Source of the DNA: Atractiella rhizophila
Taxonomy: Eukaryota
Assembly (NCBI GenBank): GCA_021432655.1
Contig: MU271256.1
Location: forward strand, 62,001-118,894
Length of the DNA stretch: 56,894 nt
Reading direction: 5' to 3'
Below the pieces are notes generated by a model that was given only the letters and a program-made list of their open reading frames with translations, ran no database searches and was not told the DNA's origin. This document shows, piece after piece, positions 37,935-50,737 of the stretch. Each line of letters begins with the position of its first letter. Positions within the stretch are counted from its first letter, which is position 1. A program made the position numbers and the translations under genes.

Positions 37935-40900
37935 TCCTATCCTATACTCTAAGATTCATCAGTTCTTGGCATGAGTCATAAGGCGCACTTTTGAGCCCTT
38001 ACACCTCCCTCACCATACACAATAGAATGAAGTGTATTATACCATCATATCCCATATGCTTGCCCCTTTCTGAACCTGCAAGGAAATTTTACTCTGAAAA
38101 GGTTGAAAAATGTGTTTTGTACTGGACTCGAACCCTTGAAAGCAAGAAAATAGCCAACTCTGTCCCCGATTCCGCCGCAGCAGCCCCGCAATGAACCAAA
38201 TTCCGCCGTAACAGGCTTACCCAGAGTTGCCCTGCATTTGCAGCCTTGCCCAGAATTGCCCTGCATACATGTGATTTGTTTATATAGCGTGGTTTAGACT
38301 ACGATAAAGTCTTTGCACCAACAGCACGATTGGCAGCCATCCGTGCCATTTTGTCCCTGGTAGCCATTGAAGATCTCGAGTGTGAGACAATGGATACAGT
38401 CACTGCTTTCCTAAACAGTGATCTAGAAGAAGAAGTCTTTATGGAACCTCCTCCTGGTCTAGATGTTCCAGAAGGCATGGTGTTGAAATTGAAGAAGTCA
38501 CTTTATGGCCTTCATCAATCAGCACGTTGCTGGAACAGAGACCTCGATAAAACACTTGTTGAGGATGGTTTCAAGAGGTGTAAAAGTGATCATTCAATCT
38601 ATGTCTGGGAAAAGAACAGAAAATTCGTTATACACCAGTACATATTGATGATCATTTCTCAGTTGTGTGCCAAAAGTTGGCTTTTGCCATTCATGAGGGA
38701 AGGAAAGGACTAACATGCAAGTGAAATATAGCCTCTTACATGCTTCTGATGGCCAAGTAGACTTATTATGCCCCGTCCCAAGCAAAAAAAAGGTGCTGAG
38801 ACATGAATTCGGGCCCAACAGCAGAGGCGAGAAGATAGCCCTGTTGATCTCCCCCGCCGTTCAGAGAGACGTGCTGCAGGATTGCCTCAGCGCTTTCAGC
38901 TTACACAACCCACACCTCCTCAAATTTGACCCATCAAATTCGTATGCAGCAGCAGGAGTGTGAACCTCCTAGAGGACGCCGACGTCAGCCAGACCTCCAC
39001 CTTTACGTGAAGAAATCGATGACAGTCTCTCAGATGGACAGCTGGAGGGTGGATTTGAGATTCCCAAACTTCCTAACCAAACGATGATAGCTTCTCGGGG
39101 ATACAAGACAAGATCAGCATCCTTTTTCCGCATTCAACTACTTACCACAAAGTGGAGGCCATCCGACTTTCGGGATGGAATGAAGCCTTTTGCTCAGAAT
39201 GTGGTGCTTTTCATTGGCTCGAGGAACGGATAGCAAGGAGCTCTAAGCGGAATCCAAAGTTTTCTAACTGTTGTTTTCTGGGAAAGATTATTCTTCCTGC
39301 TTATGAAGGACCACCAGCAGAATTACATCAGCTATTAATCAACCCAGATACCCAAGAATCAAAGCAGTTTCAAGAAAATATCCGCTCCTACAATAACGCT
39401 CTTTCCTTTACTTCTCTTGGAGTCAAGCGGCCTCCTATTCCTGGGCAAGGAATTTATTCTTTTCGGATTCAAGGGGAGCTGTGCCATTGTATTGGAGCTT
39501 TGCTACCTGATTCTGGCGGAGATGAACGGTTTGCACAAATCTATATGCTGGATTCTGAAGAGCAGATTCGACACAGAGTAGAGACCGTTGGACAGCACAA
39601 ACTCGGGGGAGGGGCTTTGAGGAAGTTGCAAGGAATGATGTGGCGGGTCAATCCCTGGCCGGAAATTTATAAAACAGCAAGAGAGCGCATGGAAGATAAT
39701 CCGACTTTGAACATCCATCTCTGAAGCATCAATCCTACTGATCAGGACCCTCGACGATACAATAGGCCAACAGGTCATGGCATAGGAGAAATTGCAGTAC
39801 TTCTCATAGGTGAACAGTCAGGAGCTACAGCAGGTATCACAAGGGATATTGTGGTTAAACTTCGATGTCCTGATGGTCAGAATGTCTTTGAAAGAGTTAG
39901 TGATCAGAATGCCAACTACCTTCCTCTACGCTTCCCACTTTTGTTTCCCTATGGCGAGCAAGGTTGGCACGCATATATCCCCCTCAGTCACGGAGGCTTG
40001 CTTCAACGTGGTCCACGAGAGGAATATCGAAATGATGAAGGACAAATAGTTGGTAATATGGGGGAACAGAAACACGTTACTCAGATGAACTACTACTCTT
40101 ACCTGCTTCACCTAAAGAAGGACACATTCTCTCTAATTCACCATGGTGGCCGCCTGTTCCAAGAATTGGTTTGTGATGCTTATGCTCAGATAGAAAGTGG
40201 AAGATTGAGGTTCCTGAGGTACAATCAAGAACTTCTCCGAACTGAGTCTTATGCTGGACTTGGCGATGCATTAGATGATGGTCTCGATGCTGCAGATGTT
40301 GGGAAGCGGACCATTCTACATCGTCACACACTGGAAGTCCCCGCCAAATGAACCAGCAATTCCAAGATGCTATGGCGATTGTTGGGAACTGAGGTTCACC
40401 TGCTATCTTCACAACTTTCACTTGCAATCCAAGGTGGCCAGAAATCATAGAAGCTCTACTTCCTGGGCAAACAAGCTGCCGATCGACCAGACTTGGTCTC
40501 TAGAGTTTTCAACGCAAAGGTGTAGGCTTAAATGCAGGACATCAAGGATAACTCAATCTTCGGACGGTCAGTCGGCTTCATCTGGGTCATTGAATTTCAG
40601 AAACGTGGTCTTCCTCATGCTCACATCCTTATCATCCTCAATCCTGAAGATACATCAGGGATGTCGAGGCAATTGACTGCATAATGTCTGTCGAATTGCA
40701 TGACAAGGATACCGACCCTGAATTGTTTGAGATTGTCTGCAATCATATGCTTCATGGACCATGTGGAGATATCAACCCAGATGCTACATGCATGATAGAT
40801 GATCCAAAAATCCTGGAAGAAAGATCTGTGGCAAAGGGTTTCCGAAGCTATTCGTGGAAGAGACAGACATTAACGAGGATGGCTATCCCACCTACCATCG

Positions 40901-42569
40901 CCGTAACAATGGACGTACCTTTCAGAAATCACGGAATGGATTTATTTACGACAATCGTTGGGTCGTACCGTTTAATGCTTATGTCCTTCGGCGCTTTATA
41001 GCTCATATCAATGTGGAACTTTGCATCTCCATCAAATCAATCAAGTACCTCTTCAAATACATCTACAAAGGAAATGATCGGGCGCAAGCTGTCCTTCAGG
41101 GCGCCCGAGCTGATGTTAGGGTAGTGGATGAGATTCAAGAGTATTTGGATGCTAGATTCATCACATCTTCTGAAGGTAAGTGTTAACAACTACTCCTGAG
41201 ATGACGCTAGGGCTTATTTGATACAATTTACAGCCTGTTATAGGATTTTCCATTTTACTTTACACCAGCATTTTCCTGTGGTTATTCGATTGGCAGTACA
41301 CCTCCCTGATCAGCATTCTGTGACCTTTAATCCTCAGGATGAGTCCCTGGGTGACATTCTTGGCCGGAACAACATTGCTAAAACAATGTTGACAGAGTTC
41401 TTCACTTACTGTCGGGAAAACCCCAACATTACTGAAGACCTTACCTATCCTAAGGATCCTCAATTCCTTACCTGGAAGTCAGGGTCACGCTCTTGGAAAA
41501 TCTGGGAGAGACAAGAAGCCATCGGCGGTATCTACTATGTTGCGCCATCACAAGGGGAGTTATTCTATCTCCGAATGCTTCTGCATCAGGTTGCCAGCCC
41601 AAAATCTTTTGAGGATATCCGAACAGTCGAGGGAACTGTCTATGAGACTTTCAAGGCTACATTGTGGCTCTTGGGCTCTTAGAAAGTGACGAAGAATGGA
41701 ATTATTGTCTCAATGAAGCCAGCACAGTCAAGAATGGCGTTGCCATGTGATCTCTATTTGTCTACATCCTGCTATTCGGAGTCGCCAGCAAACCCAGAAG
41801 ATTATGGCACAGCCATCATGAGCAACTCAGTGACGATTGTAAACACCTTCTACGGACAAAATATGGTGTAGACAATCCAACGAATGAGCAAATTATCAGC
41901 CTCTGTCTCCTCGAAATTGAAGATCTCCTCCAAGCTCATGGTAAATCCCTAAGTAACTTTGGACTACCACAACCCGCAGAGCGACTAGAAAGATGGGGAG
42001 GTGAGACAAGAATCATTGGAGAAGAACTTGATTATGATTGACCGCTACTTCATGCATGTATTCAGACAGAGTTACCGTTATTAAATCTGGACCAACGCCA
42101 TGATTATGATACGGTTGTAGAAGCATGGCAAAATGGAAATGATGGATTATTTTTTATTGATGGGCCAGGAGGGACCGGAAAGAAGTTTGTTGAAAACCTA
42201 TTACTTGCCAGGGTGCGTTCAGCGGGGAAAATTGCGCTGGTAGTGGCCTCTTCCAGTATTGCTGCTATTCTGCTGGACGGTGGACGAACAGCCCATACTC
42301 GCTTCCGGATCCCATTAGACATTGAAGCTGATTCCGTCTACCGTGTTACGGCTCAAAGTGATTACAGTTGACTTTGCCAAGAGGCAGAATTGATAATTTG
42401 GGACGAAGTGGGAATGAGTCATCAATGGTGCTTTGAAGCAGTTGACCGGATGCTGAGAGATATACGTAAGGTGGATGTGCCTTTCGGTGGAGTTATTTTG
42501 GTTCTTGGTGGTAAGGGCATCAAGTCAAAGAGTTCATGTCTGATAAATAATTAGGTGACATGTGACAAT
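37935..42569 (+). mobile_element. Helitron H2, most complete copy, 3'-truncated and pseudogenised
   Basis: A|TC start; Zn finger CSECGAFHW...CCFLGK; HUH EFQKRGLPHAH at about 40593; KYLFKYIYKG; Walker A GPGGTGK at about 42163; IIWDE; introns 41177-41233 and 42511-42554; ends at LTR-B. Confidence 0.95.
38296..38649 (+). mobile_element. Isolated Copia RT fragment inserted in the Helitron 5' region
   Basis: LDYDKVFAPTARLAAIR...MDTVTAFLNSDLEEEVFMEPPPG...LKKSLYGLHQSAR; absent from H1, which reads GTGGTTT|GATC at about 13600. Confidence 0.9.
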
Positions 42570-42736
42570 TGAGAGAATCTGATGCTGGATGGAGCTAGGG
42601 GACAGAGATTGGTGGTCAAAGATGATGACCGCCTAAACTTCCCCCTAGGGGGCTGAAACTCCGAAGTGAAGCAGACAAAACAGAGGTGGCTGACCACACA
42701 AACACAACACCATGAAATATAACACCTAATCCAACA
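42570..42736 (-). repeat. Copia LTR type B, isolated, no TSD
   Basis: TGTTGGATTAGG...TTCTCTCA; flanks ACAAT and CCTTA differ; joins Helitron H2 to a Copia RT. Confidence 0.85.
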
Positions 42737-45700
42737 CCTTATCGGGTTTCTTCTGCCATTGATGGCCTCCTTGCCTTGTACGATAGATGGCCTTGATTAA
42801 CTTGAGAACATACTCTGGAGGACCCTGTGGATGACCTTCTGGTTGTTATGCATAGACTTCTGATCCATATCGCTGTTAAGGAATGCCGTAGAGATATCCA
42901 CTGACTCCAACTCCATGTCCAGGACATAAGCGAGCGAAAGAATCGTCCTAAGTGTCGCCCATTTGACCGTAGATGCAAAAGTATCAAAGTAGTTGAATCC
43001 AGGGCGTTGAGAGAACCCCTTGATGACAAATCTGGCCTTGAAGCGCTCAATAGAACCATCTGACTTCTTCTTAACCGCAAACACCCATCGAGAACCAACA
43101 ATTTTTGCTCCTTTAGGCGGTTTGACCAGAATCCAACTCTTGTTGTCCAAGTGAGATTGAATCTCCTTCACTGTCGCTTCATGCCATTCCTTTGCATTAG
43201 GGCTTGCCATCGCTCTTGAATATGACTGAGGAACCTCTACTCCTGTTGCTGCACTCATGGCATGCTCTGTGACAAGCATATAGCCTCTGGCTCAGTGAGG
43301 ATGTCACATTCCCTTACCAACATCCCAAGCTCATCTGCTGATCCCTCTTCGTTGCTTTGAGGTGCTTCTGGGGTCCTAATTCAGTCTACAGTTCGTCCTC
43401 TACTCATAGAATAAATTCTTGAAGACCTGGTGGCAGGAGGAGGTGTCAAAGCTGCTGGAGGAGGTTGATCTGGTGTTGTTGGACGGATCTGGAGGGGATC
43501 TGGAGACTCTGAGAATCTAGGCATGTGAACTCCTGTCCAAGGATCTCTCTCTGCATGGTGTACTGACGAGGTGGTGTCCTAGGGCGTTCAGGCACAAGCT
43601 GTAGCGGGGTCTGGAGACGCCTCTCTTTCTTCTTCTTCTTCTTCTTCAACCTGCAGGGGCTGAAATCGATCTGGAGACTGTATTCCAAGTGGTCTGGGTT
43701 GTTCCTGAGGTGTAGGAGGTGCTCCTGGCTGTCAAATCCATCCTTCTTCTTCATCGTCGTCTAGCGAAATCGGAGGAGCGGCTGGAGCATTATTCTGTCC
43801 ATCTCCCACCTGATCCTGACGCTCCTTCCACTCATCAAGTGGTTCCTGTGGCTCTTCCAACATAATCTTCTCCTTCCTCACCTTGCAAAGCATCTCTCTC
43901 TCATCAAATCTGGCAACATCTCGAACGTAGACCTTCTTTCCAACAGGATCCCAGAACTCCCACCCTTTCGCTGCAAGGGAATAGCCTATAAATGCACATT
44001 TTCGAGTATGAGATCCTAAGCTGTGTGGCCTTTCATCCTTCTGAACTTGAACGTAGGCAGTGCATCCAATGATTCTGAATCTTGAGATGGTTGGAGTAAG
44101 TCCAGTGAGTTTCGTGTGGGGAATAGCATGGTCGATCGAAGCTGAGGGAGATCTGTTGCGAATGTGGACGACCACTGAAGCGATAGATGGCCAGAGAAAG
44201 AGAGGAAGCCCAGATTCTTCAAACATGGCGACCATAGTCTCCTGAATCGTCCTATTAGCTCGTTCTGCCCTGCCATTCTGGTGAGGAGAGTTCCTGATCG
44301 TCTCTTCACGCTGAATACCACAGGCCTTGAGGTATTGATCGAATTCCTTAGAGGAATAAGCGCCTTCCTTGTCCTCTCTAAACTTCTTGATCTTCTTCCC
44401 AGTAGCATTCTCTACCCAATTCTTGAAGGTCTTGAAGAGTTCTGGGGCCTCTGATTTCTTCTTGAGGAAGGCAATTGTGCAATGATTTGTTGCTTCATCG
44501 ATGAAGGTGACCCAATATCGATATCCTTCTCTGGAAGTGACTGGAAGAGGTCCATGCAGGTCCGAGCTGATCCTACCCAGTACTTCCTTCTCCCTGGTCT
44601 CTGCTGACTTGTTGAAGACCCTATGCTGCTTCCCAGCTAGGCATGGCTCGCAAAAAGGGTCTGGATCATCCTCCAGGTCCAAAATCATCCCATTCACAAG
44701 TTCCTTCCTCTTCAGACGCTTGATGTCCTCATAATTCAGGTGTCCAAGTCTCCTATGCCATAGAGAAGCATCCATGGGCAGTGTAGAAGCATTCCCAGCG
44801 AATTCTGGAGCAGGAAGGGTGTTCCCATCAAGTATCCCAGCCATGCTTCCATTCTTGTAGTCCACAGTGGCACTAAGGCAGAGTTTTTGATGCTGGAAGA
44901 AGAGAACCTTGTTGTGCTTGATGGAGACCCTCATTCCTTTGTAGATGGTGAGCCTGAAGACTGACAGGAGTGACAGGAGGTTGTTCCAGAGCTCGAGGAC
45001 ATGTAGGACATCTGAAATGGTAATGGTGGTGGTCTTCTTCTTCCCCAACTTGGCTTCAAAGATCAAGCTCCCAATTCCAGCACTCCAAATCACTTCTCCA
45101 CTTGCTACCCTGAGAGGAATGACCTTCTTCTGATACGTTCTGAACCAATGACGATGGGGAGACATGTGGGAAGTTGCACCAGTGTCTGCTATCCACTCAA
45201 GGCTTGCTTGAGGCATAGTGACATCATTTGCTGCAGCAAGACTGTTCTGTCCAGCAAATTCCAACCCATTAAGAGCCATTTCCATCCCTAACATCTTCCC
45301 AGAGTCTGTGGCTGAGTCCTAAGATCCACTGATGTGATGGAGGAGGTGGGGGCTGACGTGATGTGATGTGATGGTGGCAAATTTCGAAATTTTGACTCTT
45401 CTGATCAAGGTGATCTGTTGTAGGATAGTAGAATAGCCTCTTGTGAATCCAATGGCGATAAAATCGTCCAGATCAGACCAGATCTGACTTCACAAAGTCG
45501 AAAAATATGTTTTAGGGGTATGAAGGAGGTGATAGAGTAGCTATCTCGAAATTTTCGTTTATTGTGACCAAGATGGTTCCTAGTAAAGTTGTACCGCAGT
45601 GTTTCGCGATCAAAATAAGCCCTATAACGTCCAAATTTGTCAAAGTTTGAGTCCAGGGTGGCAAATTGCGTTTTAAGGCAGGTGATAGATTTCGATTTTT

Positions 45701-46070
45701 CTTGATTCCTGAGTAGGCAGAAACCTTCTAAGGTGGTAAAGGAACGTTTGAGGATCACAAATCTGTTCTGATCATCGAAATTGAGTGAAATTTGAGTGTG
45801 GGAGGGTCAAAATTGTCTGGAGGAGGAGGAAGGTGATAGGTGTGACCAAATGTAATCCTAGCCACCAGCTCTCACTACCATGTAAGGATCTAAGGCTAGG
45901 AGTAGTTGGTGGTCAATAATGAGGCATTGATGAAGTATAGAGAGACATACCTAGGAGTAGTTGGTGGTCAATAATGAGCACCAACACTCCTAGGCAGAAC
46001 TAAACTACATAGTTATGACTCATATGAGTCATAAGAGGCAGATGACCAAAACAACACACTACAACTAACA
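42737..46070 (-). mobile_element. Copia element A-1: 5' LTR-A 45881-46070, PBS, protease-integrase ORF 43732-45294, partial RT; no recognisable gag
   Basis: PBS TGGTAGTGAGAGC; WIADTGATSHM, LWHRRLGH...CEPC, SDLHGP, QNGRAERANRTI; RT KARFVIKGFSQ, DISTAFLN. Confidence 0.92.
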
Positions 46071-46109
46071 GTTGTGGCGGTAAGTAGTAACCTGCACAAA
46101 TATCGTCAA

Positions 46110-46840
46110 CACTTTCATTCAGAGAAATTAATGGCATTACAGCCTGACTTGAAATCTCAGAACCCTGAGGTGGCTGAGGTTGTTGAAGCAGCAGGACGCC
46201 TTGCCATCTTCATGCCCAAGTCTCATTCTGAACTTTCCTTTGTCGAGTTTTTCTGGGGTACAGCTAAAACAATATGTTCAAGGTGAGTTTTAAAGCTTTC
46301 TTCTGTGTCGCAAGTGGTGAAGGAAAGATGGCACAGAAGACTGTCATATACTTTTGAGGGATTACCATAAACCATTCCACATGGTTTGAAATCAGTTTCT
46401 GTCCTCACATTTTCTAGATTTGAGCACAGAATGCATCATTAGGTGAAAGCTTATAAGGAAGGGAAAAATGTTATGGACCCTGGGTACCAGGTGCAACATT
46501 GTGCTTCTTATTGGCGAGTTCTTGATGTTAGTTGTAGTGTGTTGTTTTGGTCATCTGCCTCTTATGGCTCATATGAGTCATCACTATGTAGTTTAGTTTT
46601 GCCTAGGAGTGTTATTATTGACCATCAACTACTCCTAGGTATGTCTCTCTATACTTTTCTAATGTCTCATTATTGACCACCAACTACTCCTAGCCTTAGA
46701 TCCTTACACTTGAGGTTAGAGCAACTTGTGATGATTTCCTATCAATCTGGATATTCCACCAATTTACAGTAATTTAATGATGATTTTATGTAGAAAAAAA
46801 AACCTTTCAAAAGTGGATAGTGACTTAGGTGACCTATACT
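46110..46840 (+). mobile_element. Tc1/IS630-like (DDE_3) transposase C-terminal relic
   Basis: QPDLKSQ...EVVEAAGRLAIFMPKSHSELSFVEFFWGTAK matches the fungal PKFHCELNFIEFFWG motif; later RFEHRMH...AYKEG. Confidence 0.7.
46526..46708 (+). repeat. Solo LTR-A with TSD CTTGA
   Basis: TGTTAG...CTTACA flanked by CTTGA on both sides. Confidence 0.95.
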
Positions 46841-46956
46841 ATAGCCTCATCTATTCTCAGATCTCTTCCTGAGTGAGAGTTTGGCTTTAGAGTGACAGGT
46901 ATGTCATGTGGGATGAACGATGACTAACGTTCTACGCAGTTTCAAACGATCAGTTT

Positions 46957-47603
46957 TCTATCCTCTAAGCTTCATCATTTGTTGGCATGAGTCATAAAAT
47001 GCACTTTTGAGCCTTCATACCCTCCTCACCAGGCACATTGAAACAAAATGAATTACATCATTTTACTGCATATGCTTACACCTTTCTGAAGCTACAAGAA
47101 AATTTTAGTGAGAAAATGCGTTTTGTATAAGACTCAAACCCTTGAAAGCAAGAACTTAGGCAACTCTGTCCCTGCATCTTGGCCATAGCAGCCTCACAAT
47201 GAACCAGATTCCGCCGCAGCATCGGTGCACCATGCATGTGATTTCTTCAATGCTGTTTGATCATTGCTCACATCACACACCAGAACTTGGCTTTTGCCCT
47301 TCATGAGGGAAGGAAAGCACTGACATGTAAGTGAAATATATCCTCTTACATGCTTCTAACCGCCGATTAGACTCACTATGCCCCCGTACCCAGCAAAAAA
47401 AGGTGCTGAGAGACGAATTCACCAGCCCGAAATATTTTGAGGATATCTTAACAGTAGAGGGAACTGTCTATGAGACTTTCCACACAACATGTGTGGCTCT
47501 TGGGCTATTAGAAAGTGATGAAGAATGGGATTATTGTCTTAATGAAGCCAACTCAGTCAAGAATGGCTTTGCAGTGCGATTTCTGTTTGTCTACATCCAG
47601 CTA
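46957..47603 (+). mobile_element. Helitron H3, internally deleted derivative
   Basis: 5' region joined at about 47420 directly to SPKYFEDILTVEGTVYETF (about 2.8 kb of H2 missing). Confidence 0.85.
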
Positions 47604-47604
47604 G

Positions 47605-49921
47605 TAGGGGGCAGTTTAGGCGGTCATCATCTTTGACCACCAATCTCTGTCCCCTAGCTCCGTCCAGCATCAGATTCTCTCATGGTAGCGAGAGCGGTGG
47701 CTAGGATTGACAGATCAGTTTTGCCACCCACTTGGCTGAAAATTTTGATCACTCAGCCATCCGTTGTCCAATCGGTTTGAAACTTTGGGATCACAAACGA
47801 GACCCCCTTGCGCCTATATCCACCCATTTCTACGAAGATCGGACGATCCAAATTCGAATTTTATCACCATGGCCGAAGAAAGGAAAATTTTGATTACCCC
47901 CCTTGGAGAGAAGAACTATGGCACCTGGTGCATTGATATGCAGGTGGAATTGATGCGAAAAGGATTATGGGAGATAGTCTCTAGAGTGGAGACAAAACCA
48001 GAAGATTTGAAGGAGCAAAAACAGTGGCAAAAGGACAGCTCCAAAGCGGCTGGGATCCTGTTCCTTAGCCTAGAAGCGACCTAGAAAGCCCATGTGGTCT
48101 CTGTCCTTCAAGATCCAGTCAAGATCTGGTCTACCCTTCAAGAAATCCACCAACAGAAGCGCTCCTCAACTCGTTTCACTGCCCTCAACACCCTCCTTGC
48201 CCTCCAGAAGAAGGAAAGCGAATCTCTGATCACCCTGTGTGCCAGAAGCGACCAGCTGCTTCTAGACTTCACCAACACGCTTTCCAAGGACTATTCCCTT
48301 GATGATTTGAAGGAAGATCTCCAATCCTTCGCTCTCATCCGCTCCTTAGGCCCAGAATATGCTAGTTTCGTCCAAAACATCACCCTCATGACCTCTACTG
48401 ACCTCCAATCGATCAAACAAGTGTTCTACTCGATCCAAGCCACCAAGAACTCAGAGGAAGCCATCTCCAACACTCAAATGGCAAATCAGGCATCCAGCAG
48501 CAACAAAGGACGAGGAGGATGGCGTCCCAGAGGTGGTAGTGGTGGAGGAAGAGGTGGAACTCGCATTTTTTCGCAACCTGAGTGCAACTACTGCCGCAGG
48601 AAGGGCCACTATGTCTCCCATTGTCCAGAAACCCCCACTGGACGCAATAGGATCGAACTAGACAAGTACAGGACAAAGTATAGGAAGCTGGAAGAGGCAA
48701 AGGAAGCTCAAGTGGATGGGGAAGGGTCAGAATTCGCTGGGGAGACCAGCTATGCAGCGGTAGATGATGCCATTAGTCGCCAGAAAGCTGGGACTGACTG
48801 GCTAATCGATACAGGGGCAACTTCATCAATGACCCCACACCACCAATTCTTCAAATCCTATCGAAAACACGTTGTACCCATCAGAGTTGCTAATGGAGAA
48901 GTGATCTGGTCAACTGGGATTGGAGAGGTGGTGATTGAGGCGAAATTGGAGGATAAAAAGTCGAAGAAGGTCACCATTCACATGTCTTCGTGTCCCCAAA
49001 TTGTGTAGCAATCTGCTATCAGTTTTCAAGCTTACAATCTTTGAAGGTGTAACTGTAACCTGTTAGTTGTAGTGTGTTATTTTGGTCATCTCCCTCTTAT
49101 GACTCATATGAGTCATCACTATGTAGTTTAGTTTTGCCTAGGAGTGTTGGTGCTCATTATTGACCACCAACTACTCCTAGGTATGTCTCTCTATACTTCA
49201 TCAATGTCTTATTATTGACCACCAACTACTCCTAGCCTCAGATCCTTCCATAACCATCATTGGGAGCAGAGTACGCTTCGTCAAGGCCAGAAATCCCTGT
49301 TCCACAGCTACAGTTGACCACAGGAGAGGAAGCATGAGTGCCATCATCGATGGAAGAACACTCATGGCCTCAGAATTCGTTGCACATGCCTCCACTACCC
49401 ATTTAAATGCTTCCCTGTGGCATTGAAGACTTGCCCACTTGAATCATGAAGATATAAAGCGAATGCTGAAGAAAAAACTTGTGAAAGGAATGATTCTGGA
49501 CTCAGATGACGCTCCTAACCCCATCTGCGAGCCCTGCATCGCTGGGAAGCAGCATAGGATCTACAACAAGGCTGCAGAGAATAGGGAGACGGAAATTTTA
49601 GGAAGGATCAGCTCAGATCTTCATGGACCACTCCCAGTTGCTTCAAGAGAAGGATTTCGCTATTGGGTGACGTTTATAGACGAGGCAACAAGTCACTGGA
49701 CGATCGCTTTCCTCAGGAAGAAGTCAGAGGCGCCTCAACGCTTTAAGGAATACAAGGAAATGATGCAGAACCTAACTAGACAAAGAAGGAGCCTATTCCC
49801 CAAAGGAGTTTGATGAATATCTGCGAAACTGTGGCATCCAGCGCGAGCAAACGATTAGGAACTCTCCCCATCAAAATGGGAGAGCAGAGAGAGCAAATAG
49901 GACAATTCAGGAGGGTATGGT
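47605..49921 (+). mobile_element. Copia element B-1: partial 5' LTR-B, PBS, gag-protease-integrase, truncated
   Basis: LTR end 47682, PBS TGGTAGCGAGAGC; gag ATG 47869 with stop at 48082; zinc knuckle CNYCRRKGHYVSHC; WLIDTGATSSM; SDLHGP. Confidence 0.92.
49061..49250 (+). repeat. Solo LTR-A with TSD TAACC
   Basis: TAACC at 49056-49060 and 49251-49255. Confidence 0.95.
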
Positions 49922-50737
49922 TGTAAGGATCTAAGGCTAGGAGTAGTTGGTGGTCAATAATGAGACATTAGAGAAGTATAGAGAGACATACCTAGGAGTA
50001 GTTGGTGGTCAATAATGAGCACCAACACTCCTAGGCAGAACTAAACTACATAGTGATGACTCATATGAGTCATACGAGGCAGATGACCAAAACAACACAC
50101 TACAACTAACACTCCCACCTGGGTAGCTGTCTCTTGACACTCCCACCACATCCAGAGAATCTCCCACCAAATTCGTACAATGTATACTCGATATAAAGCA
50201 GAAAGCATATTAGTTTTTCAGTGAAAAGAAGAGGGAAAGTCCTCGCACCGCTTAAAGCGGTGTCTTATAACCCACAGAGGAGGAAAGGAATTTTTTATTG
50301 CACCCCATAACTGCCTCAGACACTTGGGTAGGGGCGCAAACCCATCATAACTCGAAACTTGTCCACACTGACGACTGGAAGTGCCTTGGTAAGGAGGTCC
50401 GCTGGCATATTGACCCCTGGACAGAAGACTGGACTGATCTTGCCCATCTCAACAACATCCCTGAGCCAATAAAAGTGAAGGTCCAGGTGTTTCATTCGAC
50501 CATGGTGCTCAGGGTTCTTGGATACCTGTAGAGCGCTGCTGCTATCTGTGAAGCTTGAGGAGCGAAGCCAATTTCTTCTAAAAGATTCCTTAGCCAGACG
50601 ACTTCTTGGCCAGCTGAGACTCCTGAGACATATTCCGCTTCCGTGGTAGAAAGAGCAACGAGGGATTGTAGTTTGCTGCTCCAACTGACTGCTCCGTTGC
50701 CTATCTTGAGGAGATAGCCTCCTGTAGAACGTCCAGT
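49922..50737 (-). mobile_element. Copia element A-2, 3' end: RNase H, PPT, 3' LTR-A 49922-50111
   Basis: SWSSKLQSLVALSTTEAEY, RMKHLDLHFYWLRD, ADLLTKAL; PPT AGGTGGGAG abuts the LTR. Confidence 0.9.
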
